From assembly GCA_963750165.1 (NCBI GenBank), contig CAVVPN010000004.1:544001-608000 (forward strand): a DNA stretch of 64,000 bases. The letters are read 5' to 3'. The notes under the pieces are model-generated. The model was given only the letters and a program-made list of their open reading frames with translations, had not been told where the DNA came from and did no database searches. Shown here in pieces: positions 52,778 through 62,187 of the stretch (position 1 is the first letter of the stretch; each line of letters starts with the position of its first letter). Source of the DNA: an uncultured Gemmataceae bacterium. GTDB taxonomy: Bacteria; Planctomycetota; Planctomycetia; Gemmatales; Gemmataceae. Made by a program: the position numbers and the translations under genes.

Positions 52778-55444
52778 TTACTTCGCCTTTTCCTTCTTCT
52801 CCTTCGCCTTTTCCTTCTTCTCCTTCTTCGGGATACGGTTCAGCGCATTCTGCGCCTGTTGCCGCACGGTCGGGTTGCCGTCGTTCAGCGCCTCGGTCAG
52901 CGCCGGGATGGCGGCCTGGGCATCGGCACCCAGGTTGCCCAGCGTCTGGCACGTCATCCAGCGAAGCTGGTCGTTCTTGCTCTTCTTCAAAATGTCGATC
53001 AGCGCCGGCACCGCCGGCTTGCTGATCTTGCCGCGGTACATGATCTGGTTCACCGCCTGGATGCGCACGTTGTCATCCGTGAGTTTCAGCGCCTCGATGA
53101 TGCCCGGCATGCCGACCTCGCCCAGCCGGGCCAGCGCGTACACGGCGTTGTAGCGCACGTTCAGGTCGCCGTCCTTGAGCGCCGTCGTCAACGGCCCGAC
53201 GACCTCCTTGGCGTGCTTGAACATGTTACCCAGGGCGGTCGCTGACGACCAGCGCACCGGCGCCGACTTGTCCTTCAGCCCGTCCAGCAGGTACGGCAGC
53301 ACCTCCTTCGACTGTCCGCCGAACTGGCTCAGGTACAGCAGAATAGTGGACCGGATGTTGTCATCCTTTTCCTTCTTGAGCAGCTTGAACAGCGGCTCGA
53401 AGCCGTCCGGCCCCATCTGGGACAGCCCATAAATCGCCACGTGGCGCACCTGGCCGTCCGTGGATTTCTCGACCATCTCGATCAACGTCGGCACGATCTT
53501 TTTGGCGTTGGCCTTTTGGAATTGCAGGCCCTGGACCGCGTTCCAGCGGACGCTGTTGTCCTTGTCCTGCAGCGCCTCCAGCAAATACGGGATCGCCTTC
53601 TCGCCCATGCGGCCCAGCAACTGCGTCACCGCCTGGCGCACGTTGGCGTCCTCGTGCTTCAGCGCCGGCAGCGCGTCCGGCAGGGCGTCGCTGAGGTCCT
53701 TTCCCTGGACCTGGTACAGCGCCCAGCCCGCTTGTTGCCGCACCCCCTGGTCCTTGTCGTGCAGGGTGGCCAGCAGCAGCTTGAGCCCCTCGCCGCCGTG
53801 CTGCCAGGCCAACTGTACGACGGTTTGGCGCAGGCCCACGTTGCCCTCTTTCATCAGCTTGCGCATGGCCGGCATCATCAACTTGGTGTCGCCGCTGATG
53901 CTCTGCAACGTGTTCAACCCTTGCTGACGCAGACCGTCGTTGTCATCCTTGAGGATCAATTCCTGCACGGCCGGCGCCGCCGACGACGCCTGCCGGTTGA
54001 GTCGCTGCAACGCCTCCAGGGCCTGCTGGCGTACGCCCAGGCTCCTGTTCTTCAGGCCCGCCGTCAGGATCGGCAGGATGTCCTTGATCTGCTGGCCGCG
54101 CTGCGCCAGCGCGTAGGCCGCCTGCATCTGCAGCGTGTTGTCCTTTTCCTGCAGGGCGTCGTTGAGCACCTTGCCGGCGTCGGTGCCGCCGAAGTCGTCC
54201 AGCCAGCCGACGATGTACATCAGGCTGGCGGCGTTGACGCGCACGTGCTTGTTCTTGTGCGACAGCGCCTTGCCCAGGTGCGGCCGTGGGTCGATGCCGA
54301 CGGTTTGCAGCGTTTGCAGCGCCAGGTGCCGCACCTGCATGTTGCCGTCCACCAGCGCCTCGATCAGTTGCGGCGCCGCCAGCTTGGCGCCCAGCTGCAG
54401 CTCTTTCAGGCCATGGACCGCCGACAGCCGCACCTGCTCGTCGCCGTCCTTGAGGGCGTAGCCCAGGCCAAGCACCACCATCTTGTCATTGATGCGCAGC
54501 GGCGCCAGCGCGGCCGCGGCCTGGCGGCGGACATTGACGAACTTCGAGCCGAGCGCGTCCACCAGGTCCGGCACCGCCGGCGGCCCGACCTTCGCCAGCC
54601 CGTCCACGGCCAGGCGGCGGACGGTCGCGTTGTCGTGCTTGGTCGCCGCGACCAGTGACGGGATGGCCTCCTTGCCGATCTTGCCCAGGGCCTCGGCTGC
54701 CTCGGGCTGGAGTTTGCTGCCGGCCTCCAGCAGCACGGCAAACAGGCTGGGCACGGCTTCCTTGGCGTCGCTGCCGATCTCGCCGAGGGCACGCACGGCC
54801 CCCTGGCGCACGGCGGCGTCCGGGTCGCGCAGCGCCTCGATCAGGCCCGGCACCGCCCGGGGGCCGAGTTTGGCCACGGCCGCGGTCGCCGCCTGGCGCA
54901 CGTCGGCGCTGGGGTCGGCGAACGCCTTGATGAGCACCGGCACGGCGACCTGCGGCCCCGGGGCGATGCTGCCCAGGGCGTAGGCGGCCTTGCGGCGCAC
55001 GCTGTCACTCTTGTGGTTCAGCGACAGGATCACCTTCGGCGCCACGGCCTTCGCCTCCGGCCCGATCCAGCCGACCGCTGACAGGGCGTAATAGCGCACG
55101 TCCTCGTCGTCGCTGGCCAGGGGCGCGGCCAGCGCGGGCACGGCCGCCTTGCCGATCTTACCCAGGGCGAGGGCGGCGTTGAGGCGCACGTCTTCGTTCT
55201 TGTCGGCCAGCGCCACGGCCAGGGCGGGGGCTGCCGCGGCTGCCTTCGGGCCGAGGTCCTGCAGCGCGGTGACGGCGGCGATGCGGGTGTTCTCGTCCTT
55301 GCTACCCAGTTCATTGATGAGTTTGTCGAGCTTGTCGTCGCCCTGGCGGGGGATGACGGCGCGAGCGCCGCCGCGGTCGGGGTCGCAGCAGACGCAGACG
55401 CTCAGGACGACGGCGAGGCCGCACATGAGGAGAGATCGGTTCAC
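52778..55444 (-). CDS. Secreted HEAT-repeat protein (long)
   Basis: Many VRxxAAxALG..G..A..AVPxL repeats; hydrophobic N-terminus; GTG start after AAAGGAA; start uncertain. Confidence 0.88.
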   Translation of the reverse strand: MNRSLLMCGLAVVLSVCVCCDPDRGGARAVIPRQGDDKLDKLINELGSKDENTRIAAVTALQDLGPKAAAAAPALAVALADKNEDVRLNAALALGKIGKAAVPALAAPLASDDEDVRYYALSAVGWIGPEAKAVAPKVILSLNHKSDSVRRKAAYALGSIAPGPQVAVPVLIKAFADPSADVRQAATAAVAKLGPRAVPGLIEALRDPDAAVRQGAVRALGEIGSDAKEAVPSLFAVLLEAGSKLQPEAAEALGKIGKEAIPSLVAATKHDNATVRRLAVDGLAKVGPPAVPDLVDALGSKFVNVRRQAAAALAPLRINDKMVVLGLGYALKDGDEQVRLSAVHGLKELQLGAKLAAPQLIEALVDGNMQVRHLALQTLQTVGIDPRPHLGKALSHKNKHVRVNAASLMYIVGWLDDFGGTDAGKVLNDALQEKDNTLQMQAAYALAQRGQQIKDILPILTAGLKNRSLGVRQQALEALQRLNRQASSAAPAVQELILKDDNDGLRQQGLNTLQSISGDTKLMMPAMRKLMKEGNVGLRQTVVQLAWQHGGEGLKLLLATLHDKDQGVRQQAGWALYQVQGKDLSDALPDALPALKHEDANVRQAVTQLLGRMGEKAIPYLLEALQDKDNSVRWNAVQGLQFQKANAKKIVPTLIEMVEKSTDGQVRHVAIYGLSQMGPDGFEPLFKLLKKEKDDNIRSTILLYLSQFGGQSKEVLPYLLDGLKDKSAPVRWSSATALGNMFKHAKEVVGPLTTALKDGDLNVRYNAVYALARLGEVGMPGIIEALKLTDDNVRIQAVNQIMYRGKISKPAVPALIDILKKSKNDQLRWMTCQTLGNLGADAQAAIPALTEALNDGNPTVRQQAQNALNRIPKKEKKEKAKEKKEKAK

Positions 55445-55487
55445 GGCACGGTTCCTTTCACGAAAGACGGGCAACGGGCCGCCGCGG

Positions 55488-57338
55488 TTATTTGGCCTGA
55501 ATGCGTTTGACGGCGGCCTGGGCCGAGTTGCGGACGTACGCGGGCACGGTCTGGTCGCCGGCCAGGGCGTTGAGGGCGGGCAGCGCGTTCCTGGCGGCGG
55601 CGCCGTAGTTGCCCAGTGCGTGACACGCCAGGTTGCGGACCACCGGTTGACCGTTCTTGACGCAGGCGATCAGGAACGGCAGAGCGTCCTCGGCGGCCAC
55701 GCCCGTTTTCGGGCGCGTGAGCATCTGCAGCGCCGTCATTTGGACGTTGCGGTCGGCATGATCCCGGGCCGCCGCGAGCAATGCCTTTTGGCCCGCGGGC
55801 CCGGCGGCGGCGAGCCCGTTGGCCGCTTCCAGCCGGACGTACAGATTGGCGTCCTTTTTCAACATCTCGATCAGGTGCGGCACTGCCGCCGCGCCCGTCC
55901 GGCTGACAGCGTGGACCGTTATCTGCCGGAGCGTGGCGTCCTCGGATTTCAGGAGCGGTAGCAGCAGTGGCAGCGCCTCGCGCAGGTCGCCCGGGTGTCG
56001 GCGCAGGGCATTCACTGCGGCCCTGCGGACGCCCGCGTTACCGTCCTTGAGGCCGGCCAGGAAGAGGGGCATCGCCTCGGCGCCGTACGGCGTCAGCAAC
56101 ATCAGAGCGTAGCCGCGGGCGCTCGCGTCATCGTCCTGAGCCAGCTGGCGGAGCTTTTTGAAGACCTCAGGGGTGTCTGGCTTGACATTCAGCAGGCAGC
56201 GCAGGGCGTAGCTCTGGACGCCGGGGTCGCTGCTTTTCAGGCCGTCGAGCAGTTGCGGCGTCGCCGGTTTCGCACCGGCACCGAGTGCGAGAAGGCCGCG
56301 GACGGCGTGGAAACGTACCAGCGAATCGCTGTCTTTTAGCGCATAGGCCAGGCCGAGCACCACCATCTTGTCGCTGACGCGCATGGGGCCGAGCACCTCC
56401 GCGGCCCGGCGGCGCACGTCCACGTTGGCGTCGCCGAGGGCGTCCACGAGCAGCGGCACCGCGTCGGCGCCGGCCTTGCCGAGAGCCTCGACGGCCAGGC
56501 GGCGCACGTCCGCGTGCTGGCTCTTGACGCCGGCGTTGAGGGCACGCAGGCCGGCCTTGCCGATCTTCGCCAGGGCCTCCGCGGCCGCGGCGCTGACGCC
56601 CGATTTGTTGAACTCCTTGAAGTCGTTGACGAGCAGAGCCCGGCCCAGCTGCGGCACGGCCTCTTTCGCGTCGGGCCCCATGCCGCCCAGGGCGCGGATG
56701 GCGCCGACGCGGACGGCGATGTCCTTGTCGTCGAGGGCCCTGAGCAGGGTGGGCACGGCCTTGGCGCCGAACTTCGCCAGGGCGTCGCCGACGGCGAGGC
56801 GCACGTCGCCGTTGGGGTCGCCCAGCAGCTTGACGAGGGCGGCCACGGTGTCGTCCGGCTCGGCGGCGAATTTGCCCAGGGCGTAGGCGGCCTTGCGACG
56901 GACGCCCTCATTCTTGTCGGCCAGGCAATCGATGACGGCCTTCGTGGCAGCGCGGCCGTCGGCGCCGACCCAGCCGAGCGCGGACAGGGCGTAGTAGCGC
57001 ACGTCGGCGTCGTTGACGGTCAGGGCGATGGTGAGGGCGGGCACGGCGGCCTTGCCGACCTTGCCGAGAGCGACGGCGGCGTTGAGGCGCAGGTACTCGT
57101 CCCTGACGGTGAAGAGTTTGACGAGAGCGGGCACGGCCGGCGCCGCGGCGGGGCCGAGGTCCGCCAGGGCGGTGACGGCGGCGATCTTCTGGGTGTCATT
57201 GCCCTGGTTGAGCTGGCCGATGAGGGTTTTCAGCTGTTCGGGCGTGGCGGCCTGGCCCTGCGGCCTTTTGTTGTCGCCGCCCCCGAGGGCGACGTTAGCG
57301 CTGACCAGCAGGGCGGTGAGGACACACAGATAACGCAT
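55488..57338 (-). CDS. Secreted HEAT-repeat protein (paralog of 52778-55444)
   Basis: Signal peptide; collinear N-half (RLNAA.ALGK.GKAAVPAL, DVRYYALSA.GW, DKMVVLGL.YALKD). Confidence 0.88.
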   Translation of the reverse strand: MRYLCVLTALLVSANVALGGGDNKRPQGQAATPEQLKTLIGQLNQGNDTQKIAAVTALADLGPAAAPAVPALVKLFTVRDEYLRLNAAVALGKVGKAAVPALTIALTVNDADVRYYALSALGWVGADGRAATKAVIDCLADKNEGVRRKAAYALGKFAAEPDDTVAALVKLLGDPNGDVRLAVGDALAKFGAKAVPTLLRALDDKDIAVRVGAIRALGGMGPDAKEAVPQLGRALLVNDFKEFNKSGVSAAAAEALAKIGKAGLRALNAGVKSQHADVRRLAVEALGKAGADAVPLLVDALGDANVDVRRRAAEVLGPMRVSDKMVVLGLAYALKDSDSLVRFHAVRGLLALGAGAKPATPQLLDGLKSSDPGVQSYALRCLLNVKPDTPEVFKKLRQLAQDDDASARGYALMLLTPYGAEAMPLFLAGLKDGNAGVRRAAVNALRRHPGDLREALPLLLPLLKSEDATLRQITVHAVSRTGAAAVPHLIEMLKKDANLYVRLEAANGLAAAGPAGQKALLAAARDHADRNVQMTALQMLTRPKTGVAAEDALPFLIACVKNGQPVVRNLACHALGNYGAAARNALPALNALAGDQTVPAYVRNSAQAAVKRIQAK

Positions 57339-57353
57339 GGCGGTTGTCCTTTC

Positions 57354-57715
57354 TTCGCCCCGAAGGGGCGGAACAACTTAGTGGTTCGTACCGCAATTAA
57401 CTGGAGGGTTGCGGGATCGTTCGTAGGACGGCTCTCCAGAGCCGTCCCGGGGTGAGCGGGACGGCTCTGGAGAGCCGTCCTACGGTCCCAGGCCGTCACC
57501 CCCAACCCTCCAGTTAATTGCGGTACGGACCACTTAGCCCAGGGCATCGCCCTGGGGATTTGTGGACCTTACTCCTGTTTGTCCCCGCCCTGAAAGGGCA
57601 CCGCAAAGGGTCGCGTCATCCGTTGTGCCCTTTCAGGGCGGAAGAAAGGAGCTACGTGCTCCCGCGTTCCCAGGGCGATGCCCTGGGCTAAGTTGTTCCG
57701 CCCCTTCGGGGCGAA
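57354..57715. repeat. Palindromic element of the 51881 family interrupted by a MITE
   Basis: Same terminal arms; removing the 153-bp insert and one TTA gives 206 bp. Confidence 0.88.
57381..57533. mobile_element. 153-bp MITE, 31-bp TIRs (1 mismatch), TTA target duplication, internal GTAG REP doublet
   Basis: tta|gtggttcgtaccgcaattaactggagggttg ... caaccctccagttaattgcggtacggaccac|tta; empty site caacttagccc in the 51881 copy. Confidence 0.85.
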
Positions 57716-57729
57716 ATCAGCCGAAACCA

Positions 57730-59124
57730 TCACGGAGGCGAGGTGGGCAGGATTTCTTCGTATTCGGAGCTGTCCTCGTACTCGCCGACGCGGGCCGGCA
57801 CGATGACGAGGTCGTCGTTCATCTCATCGCGCGCGAACAGCTTGCGGAACTTGGTGACAAACAGCCCCGCCTGCACGTGGCCCGTCAGTTCCTGCAGCCG
57901 GCGCACGTCCTCATTGGGCGCGTGGCGGACGAGGTAACCGATGGGCCGCTCCTTGTGGGCCTTCTGCAGCCGGGCCTGGATGACCTTGATGACGGCCTGG
58001 GCGCGCTTCGGATCCTTCATATCGGCCTGGGTGAAGCCCTCGTCCACGTCGGGCACCTTCTCTGTATAGGGCGCGCCACCACTCAGCACCTTGATGTCGC
58101 TGTCGGTCAGCCGCCGCGCCCACTCCATCGTGGTCATGATGTGGCCCTGCTTGTTGGGCAGCGGCCGCCGACCCGCCATGAAGGTGAAGCCAAGGTCCTG
58201 GCCGCGCTTGAGCAGTTGTGGCAGCTGTTGCTCGATCGCTTTCAACCAGTTGGCGCCCTTGCCGGGCAGTCCACCGGGGGTGCAGCCGGAGGCGGCTTGC
58301 AGCATGGGCACCCACTGGTATTGGTAGCTCATGTCGCCCTGGAGATCGACCTTGAACGGTGCCTGCACGTAGAACAGCGCCTCGGTGCGGTCCTTGACGG
58401 AGATTTGCGTGATCTTCAGCGGGTAGACCAGCTTATCCGAGGCGAACTGGAAGCGCGTCGGCGTCACTTCGCCGGCATAGGAGCCGTCCTTGTTCTTCTT
58501 CATCTGCATGGTGTCGATCTTCATCACGGTGAACACCCACTTCTTCTGCACATAGAAGTTGAGCGTCGCCTCGTCGCCCGAGTAGCTGTACTTGTTGGCC
58601 TTCAGCCAGGCGTACAGCGCATCCGCACGGTTGGCCTCGATGATCTTGTAGTCCAGTGAGCCCACCACCCCCCGCTCCAGCACGATCACCGCCGGCTTCG
58701 GAATGCCCTCGCTCAGCTTATCTGCCTGCTTCTCCGCAAGCCTTCCGACCGGGGCGCATGCAAAGCGCCGAAAATCATCGCGCGGCAGCAGTTTGGAGTG
58801 GGGGAACTCGCGCTTCTTCATGATGGAGTAGACGGCGAGGTGCTTGAAGAAGTCGCGCGGCATCTCGTGCAGCTTGGGCTGCGTCGGCGTCGGGATGACC
58901 ATGCCGAAGTCCAGGGCGTTGCCCTCGAACTTGGGCTGCACCGTGAACGACTCCAGCTTTTTCGCCGGGTCCCACGTGATGAAGACTTTTTGGGCCGGCT
59001 GCAGGATGTCCGCGTTCTGCGCCGAGAAGTAGCAGCAGGCGCCGTCCACACGAGACGCGCCGCACAGGCCCAGCGCCAGCGCCGCGAGCGTTGCTGGCAA
59101 CCAATGGCTATAAGGCCTTCGCAT
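57730..59124 (-). CDS. Secreted DUF2330-like protein, copy A
   Basis: Signal peptide then ACCYFSA; QKVFITWD, QPKFEGNALDFGMVIPTP, VGSLDY, WLKANKY, PLKITQIS. Confidence 0.8.
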   Translation of the reverse strand: MRRPYSHWLPATLAALALGLCGASRVDGACCYFSAQNADILQPAQKVFITWDPAKKLESFTVQPKFEGNALDFGMVIPTPTQPKLHEMPRDFFKHLAVYSIMKKREFPHSKLLPRDDFRRFACAPVGRLAEKQADKLSEGIPKPAVIVLERGVVGSLDYKIIEANRADALYAWLKANKYSYSGDEATLNFYVQKKWVFTVMKIDTMQMKKNKDGSYAGEVTPTRFQFASDKLVYPLKITQISVKDRTEALFYVQAPFKVDLQGDMSYQYQWVPMLQAASGCTPGGLPGKGANWLKAIEQQLPQLLKRGQDLGFTFMAGRRPLPNKQGHIMTTMEWARRLTDSDIKVLSGGAPYTEKVPDVDEGFTQADMKDPKRAQAVIKVIQARLQKAHKERPIGYLVRHAPNEDVRRLQELTGHVQAGLFVTKFRKLFARDEMNDDLVIVPARVGEYEDSSEYEEILPTSPP

Positions 59125-59224
59125 ATCCTCATCCTTTCGCTGAAATCGCTTGAACCGTCCCGCGTTTCAAACGACCGGACGACCAGCCGCAACTGGTCGT
59201 CCGGCGCTATCATGACCGATCCGC

Positions 59225-60619
59225 TCACGGGGGCGAGGTGGGCAGGATTTCCTCGTATTCGGAGCTGTCCTCATGCTCACCGACGCGCGCCGGGACGATG
59301 ACGAGGTCGTCGTTCATCTCATCGCGTGCGAACAGCTTGCGGAACTTGGTGATGAACAGCCCCGCCTGCACGTGGCCGGTCAGTTCCTGCAGCCGGCGCA
59401 CGTCCTCATTGGGCGCGTGGCGGACGAGGTAGCCGATGGGCCGATCCTTGTGGGCCTTCTGCAGCCGGGCCTGGATAACCTTGATGACCGCCTGGGCGCG
59501 CTTGGCGTCCTTGATGTCGGCTTCGGTGAAGCCTTCATCGACATTGGGCAGCTTCTCCGAATAGGGGGCGTCGCCGCGCAGCACCTTGATGTCGTTGTCG
59601 GTCAGCCGCCGCGACCACTCCATCGTGGTCATGATGTGGCCCTGCTTGTTGGGCTGGGGCCGCCGGCCCGCCATGAAGGTGAAGCCGAGGTCCTGGCCGC
59701 GCTTGAGCAGCTGGGGCATTTGCTGTTCGATGGCCTTGAGCCAGTCAGCGCCCTTGCCAGGCAGCCCGCCAGGAGTGCAACCGCTGGCCGCTTGCAACAT
59801 CGGCACCCATTGATACTGATAGCTCATGTCGCCCTGGAGATCGACCTTGAACGGCGCCTGCACATAGAACAGCGCCTCGGTCTTGTCCTTCACCGAAATC
59901 TGCGTGATCTTCAGCGGATAAACCAGCTTGTCCGAAGCGAACTGGAAGCGGGTGGGCGTGACTTCGCCGGCATAGGAACCGTCCTTGTTCTTCTTCATCT
60001 GCATGGTGTCGATCTTCATGACGGTGAAGACCCACTTCTTCTGCACGTAGAAATTCAGCGTCGCCTCGTCGCCCGCGTAGCTGTACTTGTTGGCCTTCAG
60101 CCACGCGAACAACGCATCGGCGCGATTGGCTTCGATGATCTTGTAGTCCAATGAGCCGACGACGCCCTGCTCCAGTACGATCACCGCCGGCTTCGTAGCG
60201 ACCTCGCCCGCGCTATTGTTCTTCGCATCCGCGAGCTTTGCGGTCGAAGCGCCGCTGAAGCGCCGGAAATGTTCACGCGGCAGCAGCTTGGAGTGGGGGA
60301 ATTCGCGCTTCTTCATGATGGAATACACCGCGAGGTGTTTGAAGAAGTCGCGCGGCATCTCGTGCAGCTTCGGCTGGGTAGGGGTGGGGATGACCATGCC
60401 GAAGTCCAGCGCGTTGCCCTCAAATTTCGGCTGCACCGTGAAGGACTCCAGCTTTTTCGCCGGGTCCCACGTGATGAACACCTTCTGCGCCGGCTGCAGG
60501 ATGTCCGCGTTCTGCGCCGAGAAGTAACAGCAGGCCGCGTCCACACGAGACGCGCCACACAGGCTCAGCGCCAGCGCCGCGAGCGCGGTGAGCAACCACA
60601 GCTTGACAGGCCTTCGCAT
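59225..60619 (-). CDS. Secreted DUF2330-like protein, copy B
   Basis: Near-identical to copy A outside the signal peptide and the variable segment. Confidence 0.8.
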   Translation of the reverse strand: MRRPVKLWLLTALAALALSLCGASRVDAACCYFSAQNADILQPAQKVFITWDPAKKLESFTVQPKFEGNALDFGMVIPTPTQPKLHEMPRDFFKHLAVYSIMKKREFPHSKLLPREHFRRFSGASTAKLADAKNNSAGEVATKPAVIVLEQGVVGSLDYKIIEANRADALFAWLKANKYSYAGDEATLNFYVQKKWVFTVMKIDTMQMKKNKDGSYAGEVTPTRFQFASDKLVYPLKITQISVKDKTEALFYVQAPFKVDLQGDMSYQYQWVPMLQAASGCTPGGLPGKGADWLKAIEQQMPQLLKRGQDLGFTFMAGRRPQPNKQGHIMTTMEWSRRLTDNDIKVLRGDAPYSEKLPNVDEGFTEADIKDAKRAQAVIKVIQARLQKAHKDRPIGYLVRHAPNEDVRRLQELTGHVQAGLFITKFRKLFARDEMNDDLVIVPARVGEHEDSSEYEEILPTSPP

Positions 60620-60724
60620 CGGTTGATCCTTTCGCTGAAATCACTTGAACCGTCCAGCGTTTTCAAACCACCGAGCGCCCGGCAGCTGCCGGGTGCTCGG
60701 TGTCTGCTTTCATGACCGATTCGC

Positions 60725-62119
60725 TCACGGGGGCGAGGTGGGCAGGATTTCCTCGTACTCGGAGCTGTCCTCGTGCTCGCCGACCCGCGCCGGGACAATC
60801 ACCAGGTCGTCGTTCATCTCGTCGCGCGCGAACAGCTTGCGGAACTTGGTGATGAACAGCCCCGCCTGCACGTGGCCCGTCAACTCCTGCAGCCGCCGCA
60901 CGTCCTCATTGGGGGCGTGGCGGACGAGGTAACCGATGGGCCGCTCCTGCCGCGCCTTGAGCAGCCGCGCCTGGATGACCTTGATGACGGCCTGGGCGCG
61001 CTTGGCGTCCTTGATGTCGGCTTCGGTGAAACCTTCATCGACGTTGGGCAGCTTTTCCGAATAGGGGGCGCCACCACTCAGCACCTTGATGTCGTTGTCG
61101 GTGAGCCGCCGCGACCACTCCATCGTGGTCATGATGTGGCCCTGCTTGTTGGGCAGCGGCCGCCGACCCGCCATGAAGATGAAGCCGAGGTCCTGGCCGC
61201 GCTTGAGCAGTTGTGGCAGCTGTTGCTCGATCGCTTTCAACCAGTCGGCGCCCTTGCCGGGCAGTCCGCCGGGGGTGCAACCGCTGGCTGCTTGTAGCAT
61301 GGGCACCCACTGGTATTGGTAGCTCATGTCGCCCTGCAGATCGACCTTGAACGGCGCCTGCACATAGAACAGCGCCTCGGTCTTATCCTTGACGGAAATC
61401 TGCGTGATCTTCAGCGGGTAGACCAGCTTGTCGGAGGAGAACTGGAAGCGCGTGGGCGTGACTTCGCCGGCGTAGGAACCGTCCTTGTTCTTCTTCATCT
61501 GCATGGTGTCGATCTTCATGACCGTGAAGACCCACTTCTTTTGCACATAGAAGTTGAGCGTCGCCTCATCGCCGGAGTAGCTGTACTTGTTGGCCTTCAG
61601 CCAGGCGAACAACGCATCGGCGCGGTTGGCCTCGATGATCTTGTAGTCCAGCGAGCCCACCACCCCCTGCTCCAGCACGATCACCGCCTGCTTCTCTTCG
61701 GGAAGGGCGGTGGCGCCGTCCGTCATGGCACGCTGCGCCTCGGGCCGGCCAAACCCGCCACCCTTGCCGCCGAACCGCATCACCGGCAGCAGCTTGGAGT
61801 GGGGGAACTCGCGCTTCTTCATGATGGAGTAGACGGCGAGGTGCTTGAAGAAGTCGCGCGGCATCTCATGCAGTTTCGGCTGGCTTGGCGTGGGAATCAC
61901 CATGCCGAAGTCCAGGGCGTTGCCCTCGAACTTGGGCTGCACCGTGAAGCTCTCCAGCTTTTTGGCTGGATCCCACGTGATGAACACTTTTTGCGCCGGC
62001 TGCAGAATATCGGCGTTCTGCGCCGAGAAGTAGCAGCACGCCGCGTCCGCCTTGCCCGGCGCCAGGATGGCGGCAGCCGCCAGTAGCGGCAGGCAGAGGC
62101 GTGCCAGGGCTTTTCGCAT
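60725..62119 (-). CDS. Secreted DUF2330-like protein, copy C
   Basis: As above; AAGGAG RBS before ATG 62119. Confidence 0.8.
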   Translation of the reverse strand: MRKALARLCLPLLAAAAILAPGKADAACCYFSAQNADILQPAQKVFITWDPAKKLESFTVQPKFEGNALDFGMVIPTPSQPKLHEMPRDFFKHLAVYSIMKKREFPHSKLLPVMRFGGKGGGFGRPEAQRAMTDGATALPEEKQAVIVLEQGVVGSLDYKIIEANRADALFAWLKANKYSYSGDEATLNFYVQKKWVFTVMKIDTMQMKKNKDGSYAGEVTPTRFQFSSDKLVYPLKITQISVKDKTEALFYVQAPFKVDLQGDMSYQYQWVPMLQAASGCTPGGLPGKGADWLKAIEQQLPQLLKRGQDLGFIFMAGRRPLPNKQGHIMTTMEWSRRLTDNDIKVLSGGAPYSEKLPNVDEGFTEADIKDAKRAQAVIKVIQARLLKARQERPIGYLVRHAPNEDVRRLQELTGHVQAGLFITKFRKLFARDEMNDDLVIVPARVGEHEDSSEYEEILPTSPP

Positions 62120-62187
62120 CGCTTTGCTCCTTTGGTCAACGTATCGGGATTGGTCTGCTTCGATTTTTGACGTCGTTGGCTCGCCGC

